Assembly (NCBI GenBank): GCA_965261085.1
Contig: OZ253442.1
Location: forward strand, 1,568,001 to 1,632,000
Direction: 5' to 3'
Origin: a bacterium
GTDB taxonomy: Bacteria; UBA8248
Length of the DNA stretch: 64,000 nt
Under the pieces are notes generated by a model, which saw only the letters and a list, made by a program, of their open reading frames with translations, made no database searches and was not told where the DNA came from. The position numbers and the translations under genes are program-made. Shown piece after piece: positions 19,561 to 31,528 of the stretch; positions within the stretch are counted from its first letter, which is position 1; each line of letters begins with the position of its first letter.

Positions 19561-20190
19561 ATGAAGCGTCTCTACCCCGACCTTTGGCGGACGGCCGAGG
19601 AGAAGCAGTTCGGCGTCTTGACCGTTCACGCCTATCTGCTGGAGCGCCCGGGGGGAAACGTCCTCTTCTACAACCCGAGGAGCACCGTAGATTTTGAGGA
19701 GATAAGCGATCTGGGCGGAATCGCGCATCACTGCCTGAGCCATTGCCACGAGGTGGATGAATCGCTCGCCGAGGTGACCGGGCGTTTCGGCTCCAAATTG
19801 TGTTGCCACGCGCTCGTGGAACCTTATCTCCCAGAAGCGGTTTCCGCCGACGTGCTTTTCGGTTCTCCCCCGCGCGAGTTTCTGGGCGGCGACATAGAGG
19901 TTATCCATACGCCCGGCCACACGAATAACAGCGTCTGCTACCGCTACCGCTCACCCCACGGCAAGACGTATCTCTTCACGGGCGACGCGATTTATCTCGA
20001 CGATGGAGAGTGGAAGACCATCGTCGTCGCCGATGACGGGGGCGATGAGGCGGAACTCGCGAGCAGTCTCTTATCCCTCAAGGATCTTCAGGTCGACGTC
20101 GTGATATGCAGCGTCTCGATAGGTGAGATGCGAATCGTGGAAGTCACGCCCGATGAATGGCGAAGCATCATCGATGGTTTGACGGGGTAG
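19561..20190 (+). CDS. Metallo-beta-lactamase-fold protein
   Basis: SHCHE, HTPGHT and LFTGD motifs. Confidence 0.8.
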   Translation: MKRLYPDLWRTAEEKQFGVLTVHAYLLERPGGNVLFYNPRSTVDFEEISDLGGIAHHCLSHCHEVDESLAEVTGRFGSKLCCHALVEPYLPEAVSADVLFGSPPREFLGGDIEVIHTPGHTNNSVCYRYRSPHGKTYLFTGDAIYLDDGEWKTIVVADDGGDEAELASSLLSLKDLQVDVVICSVSIGEMRIVEVTPDEWRSIIDGLTG

Positions 20191-20293
20191 GGGGGGGTGA
20201 AGTGGTTGAGGCGTATTGCGGTTCTTGTGCGATGGCTCATTTTCGGCAAGGATGCGACTCGAATCGCTTCCCCTGCTTGTTTAGGACTTACCC

Positions 20294-20881
20294 ATGCCTA
20301 TCATCCGGCAGACGCCCGATATTTCGAAATTCAATCCCGACATAGAGTCGCCTTATCAGCTTCGCCGGGAAGATTTTGCATTGGTCATGCAAGATGTCTA
20401 CGATTTCTTTTTTGACGTAAATACGCATTTGTTCAACAAGGGCATCAAACGCCTGGATGAAATGTTGCGGCCCGCCGCCATGTCCGGGCTGATTTCCGAC
20501 ATGATTACGGCGAGCATGGCGCAGCACTCGCGAACCCTGGTTGAGAACCGGTATCACAACGGTCACCCGGACCTCATTGTGAACGGTGTATATCCTAATG
20601 ATTCAGTAAAGGCCGGAGATGAAGGCGTCGAGGTTAAAAGTACGCGTAAACCAGGAGGAGCCGTCGATACGCACGGCGCAAGGAAGCAATGGATGTGCGT
20701 CTTTGTTTACCTAGTCGACAAAGAGACGGAACCTGCTGTTGATCGCGCAGCCATGAAATTTTCTGAAGTCTATCTCGGCCACGTCACCGTCGATGATTTT
20801 CGTAAAAATCCGCGAGGCGAACTGGGGACCAGAACGGCTACTTTGGACAGAGAGGGTATTCGAAAGTTGCGGCGCAGTTGA
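20294..20881 (+). CDS. Putative type II restriction endonuclease (PD-(D/E)xK); possibly slightly truncated
   Basis: HPDL...VEVKS motif; convergent with a DNA methyltransferase; lower GC. Confidence 0.7.
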   Translation: MPIIRQTPDISKFNPDIESPYQLRREDFALVMQDVYDFFFDVNTHLFNKGIKRLDEMLRPAAMSGLISDMITASMAQHSRTLVENRYHNGHPDLIVNGVYPNDSVKAGDEGVEVKSTRKPGGAVDTHGARKQWMCVFVYLVDKETEPAVDRAAMKFSEVYLGHVTVDDFRKNPRGELGTRTATLDREGIRKLRRS

Positions 20882-21812
20882 GTGTATCTGGACACCTGAT
20901 TGCTTCCAGTTTCGGTATGGCCTGTTGGGCGAGTTTCACGTATCGCTCTGAGGATTCGACCCCGATGCTTCGGTAGCCGATGTGGTTGGCGGCGGCGAGC
21001 GTCGAACCCGAACCCGCGAACGGGTCGAGTATCACGCCCTTTTGCAGCGGCAGGGCGGCGCGGACCAGTTGACGCAAAAATGCTTGGGGTTTTAAGGATG
21101 GATGCGGCGCCAAGCGTTTCTCCGACGATCTGGTTGGATGCGACGAGATGACGTCGCCGAAAGGTTTTTTGTTTGATATTCGGCGGAGTCCACCGGTTCC
21201 CCATTTGCGCAAATTGTCCTGGACCCGGCCCTCCAAAGGTTTGCGGAACAACAACCAAGGTTCGGCCATCGAGCGAGGCATCACAGTGACGTCGGAGAAT
21301 TCTTCGTGCGCGTTCTTCGGGCGATCACCGCCGCGCATCGTCATGACGAGTCGAGTGATGACGCCCCGGTTTTCCAGCCCGGCGGCGGCTAGCGCAGACG
21401 CGACGATATGAGAAACCAAGGGATTGGACGCCATAAAGATATGAGCGCCGGGAACCAGAGCGCGCGATGCGCTGCGACCGAAACGCTCGAAAAATTCATG
21501 CATATTTTCGAGATCGGAGGTGCTCAAGGTAGTGAAGCGAGGGAGCGGCGCACGTTGGCAGCCGTCGAAGGATGGAGGGATTCGCCAGACCCCGCCTTTA
21601 CCTTTGAAAAGTTTACGTTGCTCTTTCTCTGTGTATTCGACTAGGCCATAGGGTGGGTCCGTCACGATCGCATGAATGCTTTCTTCACGGCAATTTTCTA
21701 ACCACTCGAAACAATCTTGGTGGTGCAATGCCGCTTTGCCGTGAACGATTACGGGTTTGGCGACTTTGCATGTTTTCTCGATGATGGAGGCCATGCTCAT
21801 CCAGTTTCGCAT
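20838..21812 (-). CDS. Beta-class N4-C/N6-A DNA methyltransferase
   Basis: TDPPY precedes HPSLKP and DPFAGSGST (motif IV before motif I). Confidence 0.9.
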   Translation of the reverse strand: MRNWMSMASIIEKTCKVAKPVIVHGKAALHHQDCFEWLENCREESIHAIVTDPPYGLVEYTEKEQRKLFKGKGGVWRIPPSFDGCQRAPLPRFTTLSTSDLENMHEFFERFGRSASRALVPGAHIFMASNPLVSHIVASALAAAGLENRGVITRLVMTMRGGDRPKNAHEEFSDVTVMPRSMAEPWLLFRKPLEGRVQDNLRKWGTGGLRRISNKKPFGDVISSHPTRSSEKRLAPHPSLKPQAFLRQLVRAALPLQKGVILDPFAGSGSTLAAANHIGYRSIGVESSERYVKLAQQAIPKLEAIRCPDTLNCAATFEYPLCPK

Positions 21813-22086
21813 TCAAGCTGGTGGCGGCTATGCCCGGTGTGTTTGAACATGTCGGGCGGGATCGTATGTAGGGGCGGACAAAAATCAGGAAAACTGCCAG
21901 CCTTAACTGCTATCGCCCATTTAATCTCCTGAACATTGATATCATCATCCCTCCCAATCGGGCAAGTAGTAAGTGTGTCTCGGATGATGTCGGGGAAATG
22001 TTTCTCGGGAGCGGACGATGAAGATTCGGATTCACTTCTTGTCTCGATCGCCAGTTCCTCCGTTCCCCATCGGAAATAATCCAAAC

Positions 22087-22416
22087 GCATTTCCCCGCAT
22101 ATTCCGTCGCGGGTTTTTCGGGGCGATGGGGTATGCCCGGAAGGCCGCCCGACCGCCTTCGGTTTTTCAGGTGGCGGAGGCGGCGCGGACTACAGGAGTC
22201 GGGCGGTCGCTCAGGCGAAGTGAGGGACACGCAAAATGCAAAAAATAATATGTGAAAATATCGATAAAATTAGATAAATTCACGGTGTTATTCGATAAAT
22301 AAATGAATACTTTTGGGAGGGTCGGAAAGACGCCGCCGCATTGCAGCGCAGAGGAATTCTGCCATGGACCGCTACTCCTGCGGTGACGGCAAATGCGCGG
22401 AATTGCGGGGAGTTGC
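22087..22416 (+). repeat. RM-border element, short copy D
   Basis: GCATTTCCCCGCA at the left end, core ATATCGATAAAATTAGATAAATTCACGGTGTTATTCGATAAATA, and GACGGCAAATGCGCGGAATTGCGGGGAG at the right end. Matches copies A-C. Confidence 0.6.
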
Positions 22417-22529
22417 GCGCCCGCTCGGGGTGTCCGCCCGGCGCCGGGAGAGTAAGTTCACGCATCCATGAATGGCGCCTCTCGCTCTCTAATCGCATCG
22501 CCTAAGACGCTGTAAATATTTGATTTCGT

Positions 22530-23306
22530 TTATCTTCCCTTGAATTCGGCGGCTCTTTTCTCCAGGAACGCGGAGGCGCCTTCGACCTTGTCCTCGGTCG
22601 TCATCAGGCAGGCCTGGCCGAGCCGTTCGGCCACCATGCCCGCCTCGGGGCCGAACTTGAGCCCCGTGTTGATGGCGATTTTCGCGATGCGCACCGCCAG
22701 CGGGCCTTTGCTCATCATCTTTTTCGCGCATTTGCGCGCAGTTTCCAGCAGTTCCTCGGCCGGGACGACCTGGTTCACCAGCCCGATGCGGTGGGCCTCG
22801 CGCGCGTCGATGATGTCGCCCGTCAGGATGAGTTCCTTCGCTCTTCCGACGCCCACGAGGGAGACGAGCCTTTGGGTGCCGCCGGCTCCGGGCATGATGC
22901 CGAGATTGACTTCCGGTTGTCCGAATCTGGCGTTTTCGCTCGCGATGCGGATGTCGCAAGCCATTGAAAGTTCACAGCCTCCGCCTAGAGCAAAGCCGTT
23001 GACCGCGGCGATGACGGGCTTCTCAATTGCCTCGAGCCGCATGAGGGCGCGCTGCGAGGGGGCCGCCAGCCCGTCGATGAAGCTTCGCTCCTTGATCTGG
23101 GCGATGTCCGAGCCCGCGGCGAAGCATTTCTCGCCCGCGCCCGTGAAGATAATGACCTGAACGTCGGTGTCCGCTTCGAGTTCTTCCACCACGGTCCCCA
23201 CCTCGCGCCACGTCTGCGGGTCGAGCGCGTTTCGCTTCTCGGGACGGTTGATGGTGATGAGCGCGATGCCTTGTGATTTCTCGATCAACAGGTTCTTGTA
23301 CGGCAT
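22530..23306 (-). CDS. Enoyl-CoA hydratase/crotonase
   Basis: NRPEKRNAL, FAAGSDI, GFALGGGCEL and QPEVNLGIMPGAGGTQRL. Confidence 0.93.
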   Translation of the reverse strand: MPYKNLLIEKSQGIALITINRPEKRNALDPQTWREVGTVVEELEADTDVQVIIFTGAGEKCFAAGSDIAQIKERSFIDGLAAPSQRALMRLEAIEKPVIAAVNGFALGGGCELSMACDIRIASENARFGQPEVNLGIMPGAGGTQRLVSLVGVGRAKELILTGDIIDAREAHRIGLVNQVVPAEELLETARKCAKKMMSKGPLAVRIAKIAINTGLKFGPEAGMVAERLGQACLMTTEDKVEGASAFLEKRAAEFKGR

Positions 23307-23545
23307 TTCAATCAAACTCCTTCTGCGTTGCGTATGAGAGGTTCTCCATAGCGAGGAGAAACGTGGATGCCATAATTCGACGAGAAGATAGCCCATGATG
23401 CGGAATACGTCACCCGATCACGGGATGGACGAAGGGCGGGATTTTGCGAAAATTCCAGGAATTTATTCATACTGGACCCGCCGCCATTTCCGGATGTGCC
23501 GATAAGTAAATAGAAATCAGATATTTAATTGAAGTAGCCGCGTTG

Positions 23546-23572
23546 TTAGCAGTCTAGTACCTTGAGTGCTAA
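23546..23572 (+). promoter_or_regulatory. CIRCE operator of groESL
   Basis: TTAGCAGTC-N9-GAGTGCTAA. Confidence 0.93.
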
Positions 23573-23578
23573 CAGCGC

Positions 23579-23607
23579 TTGACATATGGTCTCTTTTTCC
23601 CTATACC
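23579..23607 (+). promoter_or_regulatory. sigma70-type promoter of groESL
   Basis: TTGACA-17 bp-TATACC. Confidence 0.7.
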
Positions 23608-23738
23608 TCGCTCAGAAGGAATGAGGTGAGAGTTCAAGAGTCGTTTCGCCCGAAAGACGACTTGCGGACGATAGAGATCATTTTCAGTTGGGTGTCCCGA
23701 TTAGAAGCAACATTTCTTTATTTTACAAGGAGGAAGTG

Positions 23739-25711
<1,973 letters not shown>

Positions 25712-25729
25712 GTTGTTGTTCTGATGTTC

Positions 25730-25760
25730 AAAGGGGGCCTCTCGGAGGCCCCCTTTTTTT
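25730..25760 (+). terminator. groESL terminator
   Basis: GGGGGCCTC-tcg-GAGGCCCCC followed by T7. Confidence 0.9.
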
Positions 25761-25905
25761 GTGTGGCGATGCGCTTTCTTGGACGCCTTGAAGAGAAGCC
25801 ACTCGTCTCATAAAATCAAAATCGAAGGGTTTTGAGCACTCAGGCCACGCGTTTACCTTCTCGCACTCATACAGACGATAATGGAGATTGAGCAGAGAGG
25901 GATAT

Positions 25906-27183
25906 ATGGCGAGAAATGAGTCGAAAAAACTTCCGTTCACCCTTTTCTTGATATCGCTATCATTGCACTTGTTCGTATTCGCGGCCTCAAGTCATGAATA
26001 CGTTTGGAGCAAACCTGTCAAGACAAGCCGTCCTCTGAAGTTTCGAGTCGTAGCCGTCGAGAAGGCCAAGAAAAAACTTCCACCTAACCCCCAAAGTCGG
26101 TTTTTATCGAATGCCAACCGAAAAGAAAGTGGTTCCGGCAAACCCGGCAAGACCCCGCTCTTAAGGCGCGAAAACAAAGACCGTATTCCCTCGCGTAGAG
26201 GTGAGCTTGTCCCTAATGTAGCGTCTTTAGCGCCAGCTCCAAAATCGAAGCTTCCAGTTCCAGTCGCCACGCCGGTGCGGCCTACACCCCCGGCAGTCGC
26301 AATGCCAAAGCCTGAGCCTAATAAGGTGGAGAAATCGAAGGAAAGGAAAGCTCTGCCGACACCGGAAACAAAGGAAACGCCCCAGTTAATAGAAACGGCG
26401 AGACTTAGCCCGGCCCCTAAGCCTCCACTTAAAATCCCATCACCTGCTCTTAGAGAAAAAATCAAACCAAAAGAAGAAAAGATAAAATCAAAAGCGCGTG
26501 TAGAACCAATAAAGAAAAAAATCGTAAACAAGGTTGTTGCAAAAGACAAGCGCAAGCCTAAACCAGTGGTCAAGAAAAAGGTGCTGAAGGAGATCGTCAG
26601 GAAGAAACCTCCCAAAGAGAAAAAGAAAGTCCAAGCAAAGGGAATAAGAAAAGAGAAGCTTAAAGTAGCCGCGTTGAAACCGGTTCCTCGGCCGATTCGG
26701 CCGCGACGTCCAGCCCCCAAGCGGCCTGAAACAAAAGACCCTTTGGCGCTATTTAGAGTGAAGCCCCAGCCAAAGGGAAAGCCCAATGCCCCCAAGTTCG
26801 ATCTCTCGGATGAAGAGGCGGACAGAATCGCAAAAAAAAGTTTGTTGGATAAAGACCTGGAAAAAGAAGAAGGTGAAACGATTTCGCTTGATACGCGTGA
26901 TTTTCGATACGCTTCCTATTTCGCTCATATAAAGAGAAGAATCCAGAATGCCTGGATATGGCCTCCAGAGGCGCAAAAGTACGGGGGCAAGTTGTTGTTG
27001 CGTTTTAAGCTGAGAGAAAATGGAACTTTGGAGGAAGTGCGTCTAATAAAGTCTGCAGGCATTCGAATTCTCGATGACTTGGCAATGGCCGCGGTCACCA
27101 AGGCGGCGCCGTTCGAGCCGATTCCTGTGGGTCTTAAGCGTCTAATGCGTAAATCAATAACAGCCACGTTTGTGTATGATTGA
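25906..27183 (+). CDS. TonB-family energy transducer
   Basis: N-terminal TM with SxxxH (SLSLH), long Pro/Lys-rich linker, and a TonB_C-like end (WIWPPEA...SAGIRILDDLAMAAVTKAAPF). Confidence 0.8.
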   Translation: MARNESKKLPFTLFLISLSLHLFVFAASSHEYVWSKPVKTSRPLKFRVVAVEKAKKKLPPNPQSRFLSNANRKESGSGKPGKTPLLRRENKDRIPSRRGELVPNVASLAPAPKSKLPVPVATPVRPTPPAVAMPKPEPNKVEKSKERKALPTPETKETPQLIETARLSPAPKPPLKIPSPALREKIKPKEEKIKSKARVEPIKKKIVNKVVAKDKRKPKPVVKKKVLKEIVRKKPPKEKKKVQAKGIRKEKLKVAALKPVPRPIRPRRPAPKRPETKDPLALFRVKPQPKGKPNAPKFDLSDEEADRIAKKSLLDKDLEKEEGETISLDTRDFRYASYFAHIKRRIQNAWIWPPEAQKYGGKLLLRFKLRENGTLEEVRLIKSAGIRILDDLAMAAVTKAAPFEPIPVGLKRLMRKSITATFVYD

Positions 27184-27228
27184 GTCGGATAGGAGCCCCA
27201 TTAGCGCATTTTGGGGTGATATAATTGG

Positions 27229-27257
27229 TTGACACCTGCAAGTGCTGAATTTACGAT
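27229..27257 (+). promoter_or_regulatory. Putative sigma70 promoter of the DtxR/MntR gene
   Basis: TTGACA-17 bp-TACGAT. Confidence 0.55.
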
Positions 27258-27295
27258 AATTTTTTGGTTTTTAATGCTAAGCAGGGGATTGTTCT

Positions 27296-27967
27296 TTGCC
27301 CGAGTCATCGTCACGGTTAAGCAAACATATCGAAGATTATTTGAAAAATATCTTCAAGCTTCAACAAAAGGCGTCTCCCGTCACTACGAGCGCGATTGCC
27401 GAGTGCATGGAAATATCGGCGGCATCGGTAACGAGCATGGTCAAAAAACTCGATCACTTGGGTTTGTTGACATATAAGCCATACAAGGGGGTTGTCTTAA
27501 GCAAAAAAGGCGAGAAAGTCGCTTTAGAGATTATTCGGCATCATCGATTGCTCGAACTGTATCTCAACCAAAAGATGGGAATTGAATGGGACAAGGTAGA
27601 TGTCGAGGCGGAAGAATTGGAGCATGTCTTGAGCGAGGAGTTGGAAGCCGTTTTGGACAAAGAACTTGGCTATCCCACCTTGGATCCCCACGGGGATCCG
27701 ATTCCCGCAAAAGATGGCACCATGATTGATACGAAGGAAATTGGTCTACTATCGCTTGAGGTGGGGCGAGCCACAAAAATCACCCGTGTTTTGCAAGATG
27801 ATCCAAATATATTGCGCTACTTGGGAGAGCTTGGTTTTTTCCCCGAAATGGCCATTGAGGTCATCGAGCAATCGCCTCTCGCAGGTACGGTAACGTTATT
27901 GGTCAATGGAAACAGACATATATTGGGCCGTGATATCGCCTCTCGAATTTTTGCTCTAAACGAATAG
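27296..27967 (+). CDS. DtxR/MntR-family metal-dependent regulator with FeoA domain
   Basis: EDYLKNI, RHHRLLE, EELEH and DPHGDPIP; TTG start. Confidence 0.9.
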   Translation: MPESSSRLSKHIEDYLKNIFKLQQKASPVTTSAIAECMEISAASVTSMVKKLDHLGLLTYKPYKGVVLSKKGEKVALEIIRHHRLLELYLNQKMGIEWDKVDVEAEELEHVLSEELEAVLDKELGYPTLDPHGDPIPAKDGTMIDTKEIGLLSLEVGRATKITRVLQDDPNILRYLGELGFFPEMAIEVIEQSPLAGTVTLLVNGNRHILGRDIASRIFALNE

Positions 27968-28170
27968 AATTGTATCTTTCATCGAAATCAATTCCTTGTT
28001 TCGTAGTTCTTTCAGCATAAAGTATACTTTTCCATATGGCGTTTATTTGAAGTAATTGCTGGACAGAACTTGGCCATACTGTCTGAGAGCAAAAAGACGA
28101 ATCTCAGCCAAAACCATTTGGAAAAACAACAGCATCGTGGGGTTTTTGAGCATTTTCATTAGGAGATGAC

Positions 28171-28734
28171 ATGCCTGCAAAGAAACAGACAACCAGGGGA
28201 AAGGCCGCCAAACAAGATTTTGACCACCGTTTCCGCGCCATCTATGCCAAGGATGTCGAGTGGCAAGAAGATGTGAGCAACGAACTGCTTACGCTGCCGA
28301 AAGGGGTTAAGGTGAAGATATTCGCCCATGATCCGGTGATGAAGCGCATCGACATGAAGGTGAAATTTCCGAAAGGCTATGTGGAACCTAGTCATACGCA
28401 CAAGAGTTGGCATTCCATTCTGGTGACTCGGGGTAGGATGTGCGTAGCGGGCAAGGATTTGAGGCCGGGCGATTATGTTTTCGGGTGGGATTTGCCGCAT
28501 GGACCCTATGAATACCCCGATGGCTGTGAGGTTTTTGTCGTCTTCATGGGCGACGGCACACAGCACGTTTGGGAAGAAGAAAAGCATCTCAAGCACAAAT
28601 TAAAGTGGGAAGCCGAATCGGCTGCGGGCAAAAAAGCCGCCGCCAAGGGCGATATGGCAAGGAAGCAGGCATTGGCGAAAAAAAGAGTGGCTGCAAAGTC
28701 CGCAGGGAAGAAAAAAACGGGTCGCGCGGGATGA
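28171..28734 (+). CDS. Cupin-domain protein (ChrR-like)
   Basis: PSHTH...PGDYVF...PHGP cupin motifs; AGGAG RBS. Confidence 0.7.
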   Translation: MPAKKQTTRGKAAKQDFDHRFRAIYAKDVEWQEDVSNELLTLPKGVKVKIFAHDPVMKRIDMKVKFPKGYVEPSHTHKSWHSILVTRGRMCVAGKDLRPGDYVFGWDLPHGPYEYPDGCEVFVVFMGDGTQHVWEEEKHLKHKLKWEAESAAGKKAAAKGDMARKQALAKKRVAAKSAGKKKTGRAG

Positions 28735-28738
28735 GATA

Positions 28739-29758
28739 ATGACGCCGCAACGAATCGCCGTAATAGGAGCCGGCGCCTGGGGAACGGCGCTGGCGGATTT
28801 GTTCTCTGAAATCGGCCACGAAGTGACGCTTTGGGTTTTTGAAGCCGACCTTTGTGTTCGCATGGCCTCGCAACGTGAAAATGACGTGTATCTCCCGGGT
28901 ATCGCCCTTCATGAAAACTTGCGGTTCACGTCCGATTTGGCCGAAGCCGCCTCGGCGGGGCAGGATATTCTCGTGAGTGTGATGCCGAGCCACGTTGTTC
29001 GAGGAGTGTGGGCGAAGCTGGCGCCTTCGATTCACGAGGAAACGATTATCGCCAGCGCCACGAAGGGCGTGGAAGAAAATACCCTGCGCCTGCCCAGCCA
29101 GATTATCTCTGAATGCATCGGTGAAGCAGGTGGCGAGCAGCGCGTGCTCGCTTGTCTCTCTGGGCCTACGTTCGCTCGCGAGCTTGCGGAGAGAAGACCC
29201 ACGGCCATCACGGCGGCGTCTGATGATTCCGAAGTGGCGCACGCGATTCAAGAAGCGCTCTCCGCGCCCCATTTCAGGATTTACACGGGCGTTGACCCCA
29301 TCGGCGCCCAGCTCGGCGGGGCGCTCAAAAACGTCATCGCCCTGGCGGCGGGCATCGCGGACGGCATGGAACTCGGGCTCAACGCGAGGGCGGCGCTTAT
29401 CGTGCGCGGGCTGGCGGAAATCGGGCGATTGGGCGTAGCGATGGGCGGGCGGGCGGAGACGTTCGCAGGCCTCGCGGGAATGGGCGATCTTGTGCTCACG
29501 TGCACGGGAGATCTGAGCAGGAATAGAACGGTGGGCGTGCGATTGGGGAGAGGGGAACCCTTGCAGAAGATACTCGAATCCATGACGGCCGTCGCCGAGG
29601 GCGTCTCCACTGCGCCGGCGGCCGTGGGGCTGGCGGATAAGTTCGGGGTGGAGATGCCCATATGCCGCGAGGTGCACGCCATATTGTTCGAGGGCAGGGG
29701 TCCCAAGGACGCCGTGAGGGCCCTCATGTCGCGTCCGCTGAAGGCTGAACTCCCCTAG
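28739..29758 (+). CDS. gpsA: NAD(P)H-dependent glycerol-3-phosphate dehydrogenase
   Basis: GAGAWGTALA, LSGPTFA, GALKNVIA and GMGDLVLTC...SRN. Confidence 0.96.
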   Translation: MTPQRIAVIGAGAWGTALADLFSEIGHEVTLWVFEADLCVRMASQRENDVYLPGIALHENLRFTSDLAEAASAGQDILVSVMPSHVVRGVWAKLAPSIHEETIIASATKGVEENTLRLPSQIISECIGEAGGEQRVLACLSGPTFARELAERRPTAITAASDDSEVAHAIQEALSAPHFRIYTGVDPIGAQLGGALKNVIALAAGIADGMELGLNARAALIVRGLAEIGRLGVAMGGRAETFAGLAGMGDLVLTCTGDLSRNRTVGVRLGRGEPLQKILESMTAVAEGVSTAPAAVGLADKFGVEMPICREVHAILFEGRGPKDAVRALMSRPLKAELP

Positions 29759-29763
29759 GAGGC

Positions 29764-30290
29764 TGCGGGCAATTGCGGGCAGGTGCGGGGAAATGCGGGG
29801 GAGGCGAAAACCTTTTTTTGTCGCTAAATCTGAGTGCAAGTCGCAAAGATTTGAAAGCAACTCTTTGTATTACAACCGTTTACATGGCTAATTCTTTTTA
29901 GAAATTTATCGAAAAACCCCGTGAATTTATCGATATTTGCAGGAAATTGGATTATTTTCATTTTTCTCGTCATTTCCAGGTCCATGAGCACGCCTCCCCT
30001 GCTCGCCGTGACCGATCCCGAGCGGTGAGGATCAAACATGATTGATGAGGGATGGGTTCTTCCGACTGAGTACGCGGCAATCGCCGCCTTCACGCTCGCC
30101 CTCTCGCCGGTTTCCATAAGAAAGCCTCCTCTCCTCTTGGTGATCAATCCCGATTGATGAATGAGGGATTGACCCCAGCGGTCAGCGAGGGTCGATTCCG
30201 ACCAAAGCGGAAGAAATTCCTTCCCCGCGTCGCGCGCACGATAGCGGAATACGGGATATGAGGAAGTACGGCAATTGCGGGGAATTGCGG
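29764..30290 (-). repeat. RM-border element, copy A (small ORF 29824..30117, internal start at 29985)
   Basis: Four tandem TGCGGG decamers, TTTATCGA core and GCGCACGATAGCG...TACGGCAA end, shared with 43637-44187 and 47008-47510. Confidence 0.8.
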
Positions 30291-30685
30291 TCTTGTCCGG
30301 TTTTATGGAAGTTGTAGGGGCGGCCCTCTGTGGCCGCCCGCGCCGCTTTCCCGAGGAGGGGATGAGCATGCGCGTTTGCTCGTGGGCGTGAGAAGGTGAA
30401 TAAGTGATAATACGATAGAAGGATATGTTGTCCGCCCTTGATTGCGTTGCTCCGATGTTGACGATCTTTGTAGCGGGCGGCTCGCGAGCCGCCCGCGCTT
30501 CTTTGATATTACCGTGATTCCGGCGCATGCCGGAATCCAGAACTGAACAATTTCTCATCCGACTAGTCCCCCGTGGTTGCCACCGGTTTTTGCCGGAGTG
30601 ACGAGGTGGTGAGATCAATTCCGGTTAGGGAGACAAATTGGCAACTGGTATATAGAGGGGGCAATGAGATCTCGGTGCGCGAACT

Positions 30686-31141
30686 TTATCCGTTCGTCTT
30701 GGATTCTTCTGCTTGCCGAAACGTTTCTTCCACTTCTTTAATTCGCTGTGATTTTGCAAACCCCCGAATCTCGGAATATGTCTTGGGGCTGGACATACTT
30801 TTGATGAACTGTTTCTTGGCGTATTCGTTTTTGAGAACCTGCGGGATTACTTCGCGCATGTAATCTTTCACTTGTTCCTTGGTGGTGCCATAAAAGAGGC
30901 TCTTGTTGTGCAGGTGGCATGTTCCCTCAAGCAGACTCAGAACTTCGACTAACTCGAAGTTTTTGTTCTTCTCTTCCGCGTCCCTGAATTTCCGCCAACT
31001 ATTAGAGAATTGTTCTCTGATTTGCAAATAGCTATTCAGGTCACTCGTTCTTGCTTGTCTGCGAATCCACCAAGCGGTGAAACCAAGCGTGATTCCATTG
31101 AGAACAAGTAGACCAAAAAGTATCCAATCTCCACTGTCCAT
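30686..31141 (-). CDS. Hypothetical protein with N-terminal TM helix (start could be 31177)
   Basis: Intact low-GC ORF; hydrophobic WILFGLLVLNGITLGFTAWWI followed by a helical region. Confidence 0.65.
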   Translation of the reverse strand: MDSGDWILFGLLVLNGITLGFTAWWIRRQARTSDLNSYLQIREQFSNSWRKFRDAEEKNKNFELVEVLSLLEGTCHLHNKSLFYGTTKEQVKDYMREVIPQVLKNEYAKKQFIKSMSSPKTYSEIRGFAKSQRIKEVEETFRQAEESKTNG

Positions 31142-31181
31142 GTTATTGATGAAGCAATATAACCAAGACAAATCCAAAACC

Positions 31182-31439
31182 CTACTGCTTCTGATTTGGT
31201 TTATCTTGGGAACTTATCCGTCGCTCTCCTGTTCCCTTTTGCAGATTATCGCCGTCGCCCGAGCCGTCGCTAGGTGGATTGCCACTATTCTTTAGGTCCT
31301 CGTTACTAATAGCGGGTAGAATTTGGAGATGATGGGAAACCGGCTCGCTTAATTCGAGCATTTCCGATTCGTTAAATGGGAGCTTTTCAAGAAGTTTAGA
31401 GCGAGATTTGACCGACCTTTCGTGGTCCTTGTCATTCAT
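31182..31439 (-). CDS. Small hypothetical peptide (85 aa), paralog of 31529..31750
   Basis: GAAAGGA RBS; shares PxSHH and SDGS(Q)GDG(D/E)N motifs with its neighbour. Confidence 0.55.
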   Translation of the reverse strand: MNDKDHERSVKSRSKLLEKLPFNESEMLELSEPVSHHLQILPAISNEDLKNSGNPPSDGSGDGDNLQKGTGERRISSQDKPNQKQ

Positions 31440-31528
31440 AATGTTTTCCTTTCACAATTGTGTTACTCGCCACCATCAAAACTTGAACCGAGGAGCTTTT
31501 CCATCATCATCAACCGGGCTGATATGTT

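Noticed and set aside
21797-22090. 97-aa ORF upstream of the MTase as a controller (C) protein
   Set aside because: No recognisable HTH, and it starts inside the repeat element; left uncalled.
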